64,000 nucleotides of DNA. Origin: Eledone cirrhosa (lineage: Eukaryota). The stretch is taken from assembly GCA_964016885.1 (NCBI GenBank), contig OZ024741.1, forward strand, positions 362,328,001 to 362,392,000, in the 5' to 3' direction. Position numbers and translations under genes: made by a program. Numbering within the stretch: the first letter of the stretch is position 1; each line of letters begins with the position of its first letter. Under the pieces are notes generated by a model that saw nothing but the letters and a program-made list of their open reading frames with translations, had not been told where the DNA came from and searched no databases. Of the stretch, positions 41,068-54,477 are shown one piece after another.

Positions 41068-41486
41068 CTGAAACAAAAATGAAATTAAGAACATGTATTT
41101 CGTTTTGGAATATTGAAAAATGAGAACTGCACTTCAGGCGCACATAATAAGCAGCAGTACGATCAGGGATTTCATGTAGAAAAACATTGCGTAAATTTAC
41201 TTTCAATATTGAAAGTAAATATTTAGTTAGGCCGGAAGTTGTGGTGCACGTGGACTTCGTGCATAACTAACTAAATATCGAAAGAAATATGTCTGGAAGA
41301 CCGCGTGCACCACAATTTATGTTGAGAATATTAATTCACCAGAAGAAACTTTAAATCTGAATTTAACACACCGTGAAATGCATTTAATTACAGCAAACAA
41401 TCGCTCTACTCTGGAATTTCTGGCTAGCAACAGGTTAATTTCAAATACTGTTAATTGTACTGCCCTGCAATATTTTATGTTCGTTT

Positions 41487-42268
41487 GTGACTTTGAAAGA
41501 CAGGATTGATGGCTTCAGATGGAAATGTAAGGGATGCAACTTTACGCAATCGATTCGTTGTGGATCCTTTTTTATTAGAAGTCATTTGAATCTACAACAA
41601 ATTCTCGATTTTATCTACTATTGGTATTTTGACACCGAAAATGTTGTTATTTCAATTCAAATTCGCTGTAACAATACAAGTACCATTACCGACTGGTGCA
41701 ATTTTATGCGTGATGTATGTAGTGAATGGGTTGAGCAAAATCCGGCGATACTCGGTGGTCTGGACTCTAACGGATTACCAATAACTGTTCAAATTGATGA
41801 GAGCAAATATTTTCATCGTAAATATGCTCGTGGGCTCTGGCATGAAGGGCATTGGGTCATTGGCGGAATTGATATTAATAATACCCGCAATATTTTTTCT
41901 CCTTGAAATCCCTGATCGTACTGCTGCCCCTCATTGAAAGGTACTGAGCAAATGGATCGATGATCCATACAGATGAGTGGCGGGCATACAATCAAATACC
42001 AAATTTGCCTGGTCGTTATACACATCTAACTGTCAACCATTCGCAGCATTTCGTTGATCCCATATCCAGTACACACACGCAAAATATTGAGGGGATGTGG
42101 TCTCATGCCAAAAAAAAAATGAAACGCATCATTGGTACCAGCCGACCACTATTTCAGTCGTATTCAAGGGAGTTTGAGTGGCGATGGCGCAATACCACGT
42201 ATCCAAGTGGAGAAGGTAAATGTTTCGAAAAAATTTTCAACTGTATATCGCAACAATATATTGTTTAA
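41487..42268 (+). pseudogene. Merlin/ISXO2-like DDE transposase, frameshifted
   Basis: VQIDESKY..RKY.RG, WVIGGID, IHTDEWRAY, TVNHS.HFVDP, HTQNIEGMW, EFEWR motifs. Confidence 0.88.
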
Positions 42269-42504
42269 AGAAAATAAATACTGTATATCGCAACAATAAA
42301 GAAATTTTTTTTCTGTTGTTAAAAACTGTAAATCTGTTTTTAAAAAAATGTATTTCGCAACAATATTTTTCTGTTAAAAACTGTAAATAAATATTCATGT
42401 AAAAATGAAGCATAGTTTTTCTGTGAAAAACTGTAAATAAATATTTATTTTGTTCAAAAAATCAATCAAAAATCTAATTTTCTCTGTTTATATTTTAATA
42501 AATA

Positions 42505-43767
42505 CTAGCAGTAAAGCCCGGCGTTGCTCGGGGTCGCTCAGTAGCTGTGTTAAAGTTACAATGTTAAGTTTCTTTTTTGGCTTAAAAACTGTAGTGTCTA
42601 CTGTGCAGACTTGCATGTGGTGTTTTTGATTAATATTCCCTCAACCAACAATATGCCTTATGAAGTTAAGAAAACATAACGATAACCCGAATTAAAGTAA
42701 ATTCAGCCTTATAAGACCGTAAAATTAACTTAAACGTTTAATAGGGAAAGTTTGCTAACCGTCGTAATAAAAAAATAAATATCAATAACTTACGAAGTAA
42801 TGAACTCGCCGAACTTTTAAAGCGTTGTAGCATACAAAGGCAGTACAGTGCAAATGAAGCTATTAAACAAACTGGAGATTCCAATTCACTCTACTAAAGA
42901 TTTACTTAATCGTCTGCACATTCGCTAATCGTCTGCTCATTCCATAAAAGGGAAATAATCGCCTATATCACCTCTCTGCATGACTGTCTGTCTGCACGCC
43001 TATATCACCTCTCTGCATGACTGTCTGTCTGCACGCCTATATCACCTCTCTGCACGACTATCTGTCTGCACGCGTATATCACCTCTCTGCACGACTATCT
43101 GTCTGCACGCCTAACGAAATTTACAGATACATATATTTTAAATAAACTTATATAATTTTTGCTTTTTTTTACGAAATATTTGCTTGTTTTACGTAGTCTT
43201 TAAATAGACTTGTTTTCAAGTAAAAATATTGTTTTAAAAGGCTTTTAAATGGAAATGAAGCAAAACGGAAGCTTAGTGTTCGAACTGATGAATTTTGCAG
43301 GTCAAAATTTTGCTGGCTCGACAACTGTTCGTGTATTGTGTTAATGTCATTTTAAACGCTGAGAAAGCCAGCGTAATTTTTTTAATTTTTGCCAGCGTAA
43401 TTTTTTTAATTTTTGCACGCAGAAAATGTAAACAGAACGTAAGACGCTACGCTGAATGTAAACAGAACAAAGGGAAATCATTTTTTTAATTTTTGCACGC
43501 AGAAAATGTAAAGAGAACGTAAGACGCTACGCTGAATGTAAACAGAACAAAGGGAAATAACTCATCACTTACGCTCAAAAATCGATACATTATATTCGAT
43601 TTCGTCAGATAGGGCGGGTCAATTTGAAATATTTTTTTTCCGATGTCTTCGCTAGGGCTCAATGTACAAGTATAGCAATTTCGGTGCAATTCCGTGAGAG
43701 ATTCTAAGAGGAGATGTGTGCCAAAAATCGATAGACAGACAGACAACCTCAGTTTTATATATATAGA
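42505..43767 (-). mobile_element. Non-autonomous Helitron with 37-bp tandem repeats
   Basis: On the minus strand: A|TC start, CCCCGAGCAACGCCGGG hairpin, CTAG|T end; four 37-bp units at ~42961-43110; same family as 46174-47113. Confidence 0.85.
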
Positions 43768-44749
43768 TTTATTATAAAAATTCAATGTTTTTCCGTGTAA
43801 AAATGAAGCATGTAAGATAATGAATATGTAAAATTCAAGCAGCAGCAGCTGATGACGTGTCGTGACGTATCGTGTAGTGGGTGGAGCTAATAACTGATTG
43901 TCGATGATGATCATTTAGGACACTAAAATAAAGTATCGCCCCCCCCCCCCCTGGGTCTCCTGCCGGTTGGTTTTGCCCGTAAAATATGTCTAACGATTCT
44001 TTCCTGAGACATTCTAACCACAGGTTCATAGTATCGGAGCTATGATCTCTCAATTCGAAGAAGTAGCGGATCTACCTGAAGTGACGGTTTATATTTGAGT
44101 ATATAAGGTACTTTAAAAATTGTAAGTCCAACAATGTGATTTAGGCTTTGTTACTTTATGAACTGGGTTTCTTGTCTGCAATGTCTGAAGCTTTACCTGA
44201 ATATCCCTGAAACGTCGGTTGCAAACGAAAGACGATTCTCAGGATTTGATCATTCTTAAGATGCACAATGATTTACGAACTATTATCTTCACTGTAGAGA
44301 AACTCATCGATTTAGGACAAGAAAAGGTATTAAAGCTATATAACCAAATCATTTATAATATATATTTAAATGAAATAAGTGTTTATTACTTATTAAAACA
44401 TCATGCATCTTTACTTTTAAATGTGTTCGTTATTTGTTAATAGTTTGCTGATTCTACTATATGAAAGCTTTTCAAATGATTTTAGTATAGAAATGCATTG
44501 AACATTTAGGAAGAAATATATCATGTGTCTTTTCTATTAATCCCCTCCACTCTAAATAGTTAGAGCTATAACTCACTGTATTTTTGTTTGTTAAATTTAA
44601 TGAACTAGGTAATCCAGCTACAGTTTAGTGTCTCCCATTCGACCTTTACTAACTTTTGTAAAGCAATTATGTTAAGCCAGGTTAACACTGATGTGTTTGG
44701 ACTGATATATGTAAGTATGTATGTTTCTTAAAATAAAATAATGACATAC

Positions 44750-45116
44750 CTTTCTTTTGGGACAGTTTATTAACAATGTAGATCCAATAGGGCCTTCCTT
44801 TCAGCTGATCTCCTTTCTTTACTAATCCTTCCAGAATCCATTCAGTTTTACATACAACTATCGTAGTGTCGGACCCAATTTGAAGTTGGAAAATATCTCC
44901 GTGTTGTTTTCGAAGAGCCTTCATCTTTATATTAAAATCTGTGGTCGTAATCAGCTGAGGTAAATTTCCAATTATTGGAAAAGATATTGGACCCGGAGGT
45001 AAATTGTATCTATGTTTTGGTCGTGTCATCAACCATCGTATGATCAGTAGAATGACCAATCCAAACAAGAAACTTTGTATATTAATTTCAGTAAAATATA
45101 ATGCTGAAGTATCCAT
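44750..45116 (-). CDS. Cytochrome P450 (clan 2, CYP2-like) coding exon 1
   Basis: ATG, hydrophobic anchor, basic linker, LPPGP..FPIIGNLPQL, HGDIF, GRP; donor AAA G|gtatgt in phase 1 matches exon 2. Confidence 0.95.
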
Positions 45117-45440
45117 ACTGAAATTTTGTCTTGCCTTATTGTTGCAATAACGAATCCGAATCTACAACTGAATAACTTTCTCCCAGAAACAAGACTTCCT
45201 AAACATAGATGTTATTTAAATCTGATCTACAGTCCAAATAAACAATAATTATGCTGAAGCGCGTACTTTAGTATATATCGTAACCTCTTTTCTCTTCCAA
45301 TTTAGTTTAACTGAAAGGAAAGTAGTAGAGCCAATTCTGTCGTCTATATCTATAGTCGAAGTCAGTCTAAATGTTTCTCTGTTGACCCTGAACTTCATTA
45401 TAGCATGACAGTAATCTATTAACACTGTTTGTTTAGTTCA
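45117..45440 (-). promoter_or_regulatory. Putative proximal promoter / 5' UTR of the P450 gene
   Basis: Unique sequence upstream of the ATG; TATATA at ~45274-45279; AGTTCA-GGGTCA at 45394-45383; forkhead-like TGTTTA motifs. Motif-level evidence only. Confidence 0.3.
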
Positions 45441-46173
45441 ACTGAAAAAAATGTTATCAATTTATTAATAGTCATGCTTAAGTTCATATTTTAGTTTGCT
45501 AAACAATAATATAGATACATATAAATTGATGTTGTGAACAACAGTTTCGTATTTACAGGGTGGAATGGATGTGACATATATTTTACGAGAATTGTACAAT
45601 AATTGTACAAACATTCAAGTTCAAATTCAAATCAAAATTAAAATTAAAATCAAACGCACGGAGTGGAATACATGGAACAGTTAAAACAAGGGAATAGTCC
45701 AAATATTAAAGAGGCATTGAGGAAGCAGTTTTGAGAAAGGAAGAGTGCGATAACAAATCATATGCAGGCGTGTGGATAGTGTGACTGCGTAAGTCATATA
45801 CATGAGAAGGAGACAATCAAAGCTATTATGCATATATAGATGAATAAATACTGCAGTTGAAGCAAATATGTTAATGTATTAGAGTCTATGGTGGATGTTG
45901 AATGTTGATAGCGTTCGAATTAATGTGTGTTGAGAAACATACAGTTTTTGCAGACTTTTCCATGACATATGTTGAATTAAATTTTAGTTAATGTTTATAT
46001 TGAGTGTTTTAAGTTAGTTAGAACAATGGCTTGTAAATTAGTCTTAATGAATTCATATTCATAGACTATATTTGATCAACCGTTAAATTTTCAATCGTTA
46101 ATTTCCGGAAGTGAATGAGGGGAGGTAACTAGCTAATTAAGTTCAATTCAGTTATTAAAATTCTTTGTTCTAA

Positions 46174-47113
46174 TCTATATATATAAAACTGTGGTTGTCT
46201 GTCTGTCTATCGATTTTTGGCACACATCTCCTCTTAGAATCTCTCACGGAATTGCACCGAAATTGCTATACTTGTACATTGAGCCCTAACGAAGACATCG
46301 GAAAAAAAAAATTTCAAATTGACCCACCCTATGTGACGAAATCGAATATAATGTATCGATTTTTGAGCGTAAGTTATCAGTTATTTCCCTTTGTTCTGTT
46401 TACATTGAGCGTCTTACGTAAAAAATTACGCTGGCTTTCTCAGCGTTTAAAATGACATAGCAAAATATTGACCTGCAAAATTCATCAGTTCGAACACTAA
46501 GCTTCCGTTTTGCTTCATTTCCATTTAAAAGCATTTTAAAACAATATTTTTACTTGAAAACAAGTCTATTTAAAGACTACGTAAAACAAGCAAATATTTC
46601 GTCGTTAGGCGTGCAGACAGACAGTTGTGCAGAGAGGTGATATACGCGTGCAGACAGACAGTCGTGCAGAGAGGTGATATAGGCGTGCAGACAGACAGTC
46701 GTGCAGAGAGGTGATATAGGCGTGCAGACAGACAGTCGTGCAGAGAGGTGATATAGGCGTGCAGACAGACAGTCGTGCAGAGAGGTGATATAGGCGTGCA
46801 GACAGACATAACTGATAATTTGGTTACGCTAATGTTTTTCTCTGCGTTGCAGTGTTTACATTTTCGATCTTTGTTAATAAATAACCAGTGCAGTTTTTAT
46901 CCCCAGCATCCTCTTTTGTTATAACATTCGGGTTATCGTTATGTTTTCTTAACTTCATAAGGCATATTGTTGGTTGAGGGAATATTAATCAAAAACACCA
47001 CATGCAAGTCTGCACAGTAGACACTACAGTTTTTAAGCCAAGAAAGAAACTTAACATTGTAACTTTAACACAGCTACTGAGCGACCCCGAGCAACGCCGG
47101 GCTTTACTGCTAG
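46174..47113 (+). mobile_element. Non-autonomous Helitron with 37-bp tandem repeats
   Basis: A|TC start, hairpin + CTAG|T end; about five 37-bp units at ~46606-46808; inverted homologue of 42505-43767. Confidence 0.87.
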
Positions 47114-47908
47114 TACACAATATAATGTGATACCATTGGATCTCTGTTACATAACCCTGTATATTTATGCCTGATTTTAAATACAGTGTATTCTACTATC
47201 ATACATTAAAGGTTTCTTTAGATTGTTATCTATTCATTACTGGACAAGGTGTATGTTATGAAGAATTATACAGTTGTTAATATGTCATAATAGATATGCT
47301 ATGTGTAATAATATAATCCCTAATATAGAATGCTATTACATTTTATATTTAATTATAAGTGTATATATACTTTATTATTATTATGTTGTGTAATTTAAGC
47401 ATTTAATTATACAATTACAAATGCACACATTACATTAAATGTCTCTACATACCAAGTGCCAAATATCCATTACTGTATAAGATATAATTAATCTATTGTA
47501 GTTATATCACAAGGTGGTAACTCTATGTCTAATTCTAACTGTTATTGCAGAGCATAAGGTTATAGATGAATAGGAGTTGTGTAGCGGAAAGAGTTGGTCG
47601 AGGGGTTTGTGGTTGTGGGTGCTGCTAAGTCCTAGATGTGTAGTGTGGTGGGGAATTCAAATCTGACATTGTTGTATACTAACAGCTAGGTTTAAAGTTA
47701 TGGAACGAGTGTCGGTACCGGTGTTGGCATGAAGAAAATGTCTCTGACTTTCTATTAAGGATAATTGTATAATTTATTTATTTAACTGCTCTGTAAAACA
47801 ACTGATGTTCATACATTGAGCTATTTCTCTTACTGGTAATAAGGTAATTAAGAAATTACTGACCTTCCTGTTTATAGTTGTTTATACTATATACATAACT
47901 ATAAATAT

Positions 47909-47962
<54 letters not shown>

Positions 47963-48099
47963 ATGGTATATATTGAGTTAGAAACTCAAAATAGTCTCTT
48001 ACAATAAAATAGCTCTAGGAAAGAGATTTTTCCGAGCCGTATATTATAACTGAATATAAAAGAAAAACACAGACATATACATATATGTGTTCAAATCGT

Positions 48100-48761
48100 A
48101 TATCTTTAAATTTTCAATGCTCTAGGGACCGCATTAGGCGATTTAGCGATCTCTCTCTATAATTCTTAGTCTTTCTCTTTTTAGATAGATACATAAATAT
48201 AATGTCGCGCCCTTATAATATCTATCTGTCTGTATGTCTAGCTGTCTGCATTATGTCACTTCTCACAATTCCCTCTGCGTCCAGAACGCGCCCTTATAAT
48301 ATATGTCTGTATGTCTGGCTGTCTGCATTACGTCACTTCCCTGAGGATGTCTGTCTGTGAGTTTGAATCCCTAAAACTCGAGAAGAACCCAACTGACTTT
48401 TTTCAAACTTTACATGTGTATTACTTATGTTTCAGGGAGTCTTAGACACATAAAAATATTCAACTTTTTTATCCCCTAGGGCCCACATTAGATGAAAAAT
48501 TGCGTTTTTTCATGTTTTTAGGGTTTTTTTGGGGCGTTACGTCAGACTGATTTCCTTGAAATTGTAACTATGTATTAGTCTGTCTCTTCATACCGTGAAC
48601 AAAGAAAAAAATAAAAAATCTTAAAGATTATCCAGCCATCAGAGTATTCAGTTTATTTTCTCTACATATTGTCCAGGCATGCAGTTTTTCCACGATTAGG
48701 TCTGTTGGCGGCCCGCGTTCCAAAATATCTTATCCCGTGCAACGCCGGATACCACTGCTAG
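48100..48761 (+). mobile_element. Composite Helitron remnant
   Basis: Segments homologous to 1860-1990 and 295-370; ends CCCGTGCAACGCCGGAT..CTAG|T. Confidence 0.65.
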
Positions 48762-48837
48762 TATATATATATATAAGCAAAGGGATATTTAATTTGTTGG
48801 TAATTCAACAAATATATATATATAACTGATTCGAAGT

Positions 48838-48905
<68 letters not shown>

Positions 48906-49052
48906 ATTAAAATACTGGAGCGTGTTGGAGTTAAACACCCTCTTCGTATTATAGAAATGACAGTAAAAGGTATAGCTCAATGTAATTAAACAGAGCCGAA
49001 GAATTATGAAAGTAAAACAAAAAAGCCTTCAATACATCAAAAGTCTTTATTA

Positions 49053-49090
49053 GCCAACAATGTTTCGTCTTAATAAGGACTCATCAGGGC
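49053..49090 (-). ncRNA. Minimal type I hammerhead (canonical core)
   Basis: Reverse complement of 52096-52133 with one stem-II change. Confidence 0.75.
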
Positions 49091-52000
49091 AATTAAAACA
49101 ACAAGAAGTATTATCGGCCTATACAAGCCGAAAACTCCGAAGAATATGGAGTGTACATACACTAAAGTATTGCAAGATTATGGGTAAAAATATATAATAA
49201 AAATCACTAAGGAGGTGTATAACATTTAGAACCATATTACAAATATAGTCCAAAGCAAAAAAAACCTAGAGCTAAACAAAGGTGGTTATATAGAGCGGGA
49301 ATTATATATAATACTATATAATATAATATAATATACTTGTAATAAATATTAAAATTACAATAAAAATTAAAAGGTACAATATATATATGTATATATGTAC
49401 GCACACGTACGCACACATACACATACATCAATACACATATCCATCTTTAACAGCACAAATTAAACCTTATTAAGAGTTTAAATATAAATAAGCATGATAG
49501 GAATAATAATAATAGTAATAATACATATATCTAATATACATGAGGTAATAATATGATATGATTATAAGTAGCACATATAATATATAATAAACTATACAAT
49601 TATATACCATATAATATAATATAATAATAGATAATCTCCGGTTAATTTACACAAACAATGTAGATGTCACAATAATACTATAATAATAATAATATAACAT
49701 ATATAATATATAATATATAATGGCATGCAAGTTAACAAATCAATTCATATAGAGTTACAGAGTAGGTGAGAAAAAATATAAATTGTACAATGCCCAAAAT
49801 TATGATGGTACAAAAATATAAACTTCTTACATGATATATAAAATTTAACATATCATAATGTTATATATAATCAACGGTAAGTAATAAGGATCGATAGTAC
49901 AATAACAAATACAATATAAAATAATTAACATAATATAATATATAATTACTTATAATTACAAGGTTGGTAAACAGACATATATGTGGATGAGTGAGTAAGG
50001 GCCAGACAGCAAATAGAATGCACAGTAGTATTAATAAATAAATAAATAAATAGAATCAACCGGAAATTAAAAAAACAAAAACAAAAGTATATAGTTAGGT
50101 CTCACATGCAGTTAAGTGAAAACTTAGGAAACAACCCCGGTAAATGACTCGAAAACCCTATTTGATAAATTAATATTAAAAATATTTAAAATATCTAATA
50201 AGGCAATACAATATTAGCTATGGTTTAAGTAATCAAAATATATAGACGTTAATATTTCACTACAAATATGTATATAAAGGGATGAAATTTTCTACTATCA
50301 TTTACATAACGATATCTAAAAAACTGACTTAAGCAGAATTATGGTAGGCTAATAGGGACAGAAAAAAAGAAATGTATGGAGGACACAAAGGAGCATAAAA
50401 TTATAGTCAATATACTATATTAAATAATAGAAAGGAGCGTAAAAGAGGGGGGGATTAAATATAATCATAATCTATGTGAAGGGGTTGACAATAAGTTTAT
50501 GTGCGCATGGGGGGGGGGGGGGGTTATCCAATGAAGAATCCAAATAAAATAAAATAAAATAAAATAAAATGAAATAAAATAAAATAAAATAATGTAAAAT
50601 ATATAATCAGATATATACATATAATGTGTTAATAGTGAAAATTTAATGCGTATGAAGATAGATATGGTATAGTAGCCAAAAGATTATGAGAGCTAGAATA
50701 AATAGTTGTCAAAAACCAATGATAATAATGATGATAATAATGGTGGTAAACAAAAAGAACCTAAACTAAAAAATAAGTAATGGAATATATCAGCTAATGG
50801 ATACAATTTAAACTACTAGAACCTTTAGGTTTATAATAAAAGTAAGAATTAGAAATAGCGTGGGGGCAAGAAGAGAATATCTCAGACTTTCTATTAAGTA
50901 AGGATTCGCTAGAGAAAATTATAGAGTGTGTCTCGAGGATACAGAGATTACAAAATTTAGTATGTGTAGAAAGGTTATTAGAGCGTGCTACTAAACGCCA
51001 ATTAAGGCTATATGGTATATTAGCCCCCCTAAGATCCGAGATATAGTGTGCTAAAGAAGTAGAATTCTTAAACTTAACATGTTTGAAATTAGAGATATGA
51101 GAATTAAACCTTGTCTTAAAAGTGTTAGATGTAGAGCCTATATAAGTTCTATTAGAGGAATTAGTTATAACTACGCAAGCATAGACGATGTTCTTAGAGA
51201 GGCAGTTACCGTTTAAAGGGCAGTTAGCACTCACTCTACAGTTACACTTCCGGGTGCTATTGGTTGGCTGAAGTGGTGATGTATTACACGTAGGATTGCT
51301 ATTAGTTAAGGTCTGTTCTGGTGGTAAGGCATTTCCAGATCTGTTCAGACTAGTAGTATGTAGAGAGGAGAATCCATCCCTAATTTTCCTATTGTTAGTG
51401 CTAGCTAAATAAGAACTAATATTAGGGGTGGTAGAGAATGAAAGTTTAATAACATTTTTATTAAAAATACTATGGTATTTATGAGAAGGGGGGAAATTTT
51501 TCTCTAAGATAGAAAAGAAAGACCTAGGGATATTAGTTAATACTTCCTGATTATATGGCGGGTTAAAATAAGTATTTAGTCTCCTTCTATTTTTATCCTT
51601 ACCGACTCTACCATTATCTAATATCCCACTATCAAGACTAGGGTTACTACAAGGATTAGTTAAAACCGCATTATTTGAATCAGCCAAAATTCCATTAAGT
51701 CTCCTACTGCTTCTACCTCCAGTAGATCTGCTGTCGTCTGGAATCCCATCAAAAGGATTAGGGCCAATAATAGGATCAGTAGAAGCAACATTATTAGAAT
51801 TAGATCTAGCAAAATTATCACCAATGAGTGAGCGCTCAGAGGGTTCGACTTGTTTCCTAGAGGTATTATATTCCCTATTACGAGTCCCGTGGGTTAACTT
51901 ATGGATGGGTTCAGATACACCTATGTAATTTTTACGGTTATTATGTTTCCTACTCCCATTCATGGCCATGTTATGTGATATTATGTTATTATTATTATAA

Positions 52001-52095
52001 ATAAGCGGAGACTTTCTAAGGTTAGTATTATTATAATGTATTTTACTAGAGTAACCGACTTGTATAGGCCGATAATACTTCTTGTTGTTTTAATT

Positions 52096-52133
52096 GCCCT
52101 GATGAGTCCTTATTAGGACGAAACATTGTTGGC
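52096..52133 (+). ncRNA. Minimal type I hammerhead (canonical core)
   Basis: GCC-CUGAUGA-GUCCU uauu AGGAC-GAAAC auu GUU-GGC. Confidence 0.82.
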
Positions 52134-52180
52134 TAATAAAGACTTTTGATGTATTGAAGGCTTTTTTGTTTTACTTTCAT

Positions 52181-52270
<90 letters not shown>

Positions 52271-52279
52271 CATATATAC

Positions 52280-52725
52280 ATATTCTTTGAAAAACAACAG
52301 AAGGCCGAACTGGAAATCTTCTTTAAAGTTTTAATGTTGCAAAAACACTATACGTATTTCAATGGCCCCTTTACACCATCCGGTAGATTTCTCTATCCTC
52401 TGTTTGTGTTTGCCATAATCCTGTTATCAATTAGCTAATCTTACAATCCGCAACTGATGAAATGGCTTAAATCTTGCATCATGATTGGATGACGTAATTC
52501 GACCATTGAAATAAGTATTGTGTTTTTGAAACATTAAAACTTTAAAGAAGATATCCAGTCCGACCTTCTGTCGTTTGTAAATGAATATTTAACTCCATCA
52601 CGGCACCAGCTACGGGATTCAACATCTACGATGTATGATTTGGATAACGTTGGGTGCTTTAGTTTATTACATCATGATTTACTAACCGAAATGACTAGTT
52701 CTACCCATTGGTAAACCACACAATA
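52280..52725 (+). mobile_element. Short ORF-less hammerhead-bearing element with internal inverted repeat (Penelope pLTR remnant)
   Basis: ~52292-52365 inverted at ~52503-52576; hammerhead CGCAA-CUGAUGA-AAUGG..CCAUU-GAAAUAAGUA-UUGUG at 52449-52522. Confidence 0.6.
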
Positions 52726-53034
52726 TAAATTGTATGTATGCGTATGTGTATACATATCTCCCTGCAACAAGTCTTAACACTCCGGCAGGCAGGCGCTGCA
52801 AAATAACACCCAGGAAACTATCCTTGCATACCAGACCCAGCCTCAGACAAACAGATGCGGCAAAAAAAAAAAAAAAAAATTGTCCGGGAAAGACTACCCT
52901 AACACCGGCCAGAGTTACCTCCCTTGACCTGCTGCAAAATCAAAACAAGATATTTTTGCGAGCAATGAACCTTGATGTGGATTTAACCCCAAAAACTCTT
53001 TCCGAGCAATATAAGGAACACTTGTGATTATTTA

Positions 53035-53075
53035 TGCCCTTGAGAGGCCCAACTGGGCGAAACGTACGTAGGTGC
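53035..53075 (+). ncRNA. Minimal hammerhead, U3-A8 plus A9G variant, in an orphan pLTR fragment
   Basis: CC-UUGAGAG-GCCC aacu GGGC-GAAAC guac GUA-GG; related to 61356-61398. Confidence 0.6.
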
Positions 53076-53811
53076 TGTTTTAAATAAACATGTTTTAACG
53101 GTCTATTCTCCGATTTTTTACTTTCCCACGTATATATATATATATATCGGGTAACTCCACCTGGAATTACACTGGATCCACCGCGGGTTCTTTTAAGAAA
53201 AGATGGTATGTGCACAGGCACTCAATGAAAAACCGTGCACTTATGGGTTCCACCACCCTCGCCAAAAGAATATGGGAATTGAAGGACAGCAACACTAACT
53301 ACAGTATCAACTGGTCAAAGTTGTCGGCTGCTAAAACCTATAGTACAGGGATGTCCCATTGCGGGCTGTGTGATCTTGAGCTATTGTATATCCTTAGAAA
53401 TGTTAAAAGGCTACTTAACAATAAGTTAGAAAGATCTATCTTCTGCAGACATAGAATAGCCACTAAATTCATAAGATTCAAACCTCCGTGAATCGAACCA
53501 ACATAACATAGCTTTAAATTAGGATACCTACTACCCACAGAAATATATTCATTAAGTATACTATATCCTTCACAAGTCTATACCACACAATTGTCTGTAA
53601 GTACCTCATCTACCAACAATCTTACTCCTTCTCAGCTGCTGCCATCATTTGATCCTAAATCCTAGTTTTTCTCATTTCACTACTACAATGTTACTTTACC
53701 TTCTTTTTGCCATAATTACAATTAGCACGCTTTTCTCTTTGCATGTATGTATATTTTTGTACGAGTGTATATTGATGTGTATGTATGTGTCTATGTACAC
53801 ATGCATGTGTA

Positions 53812-53978
<167 letters not shown>

Positions 53979-54358
53979 AAATATATGCGTATATTAATTC
54001 GTTAACCTCTGTATTAACTCTACAACTATTTAGCTTTGACAGTGGTCCCACTCATGTATACTGTTGAAGATGAAGAGAAAGACTGTAAAAACTAGCTTAT
54101 CTTTATAATTTAAAATTGATATACACTACGATACTTTGTACATGCCAACGCTTCATTTTGCCTCATGACAGCTAGTTTTACACGCCGTAACATTAGATAC
54201 ATTATATACCCCCCACCTAAGTAATGTCAGGGTCTCCTTAAATAATTTATTGATAGCATTGTTGTAATTGTTGTTATTGTTCTAATTGAATGCCATTACT
54301 ACTTCATATAGTAGCCTGTATTTTCTTTTCTTTTCTTGCCTGTGTGTTTTCTTCATTC

Positions 54359-54477
54359 TCGCATGCTCCGAAGATCTGACTGGTTATAATTCTGTATTGA
54401 CGATCGAGTAACGCAAAATTAAGCGAATAGCGATCTCTAGACATACCAGTTCAGTGAAACAAATGTAAGCTATGTGA
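54359..54477 (+). ncRNA. Type I hammerhead variant (CCGAAGA core, expanded stem II)
   Basis: UCGCAUGCU-CCGAAGA-uCUGACUGGU..ACCAGUUCAGu-GAAAC aaau GUA-AGCUAUGUGA. Confidence 0.6.

Larger units (their letters stand above)
41230..43978 (+). mobile_element. Decayed Merlin (IS1595/ISXO2-like) DNA transposon interrupted by a Helitron; boundaries approximate
   Basis: Transposase remnant plus AT-rich 3' region with short repeats continuing on both sides of the Helitron (GTAAAAATGAAGCAT at ~42399 and ~43797); left TIR not found. Confidence 0.6.
48903..52182 (-). mobile_element. 5'-truncated Naiad-type Penelope-like element with inverted terminal pLTR
   Basis: ORF 51969-50794: YFNPPY, IKLSFS, CNCx5CPLxxxCL, IVY..TYIG (GIY-YIG), CNLC..CPH; long AT-rich 3' UTR; ~49005-49133 inverted at ~52054-52182; (TA)n flanks. 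Confidence 0.9.

Noticed and set aside
42961-43110. 37-bp repeats (also ~46606-46808) as a CRISPR-like array
   Set aside because: Head-to-tail units without unique spacers, inside Helitrons, in eukaryotic DNA.
45556-47160. TACAGGGT..ACCCTGTA as Tc1/mariner TIRs
   Set aside because: Only 8 bp match and no transposase remnant recognised between them.
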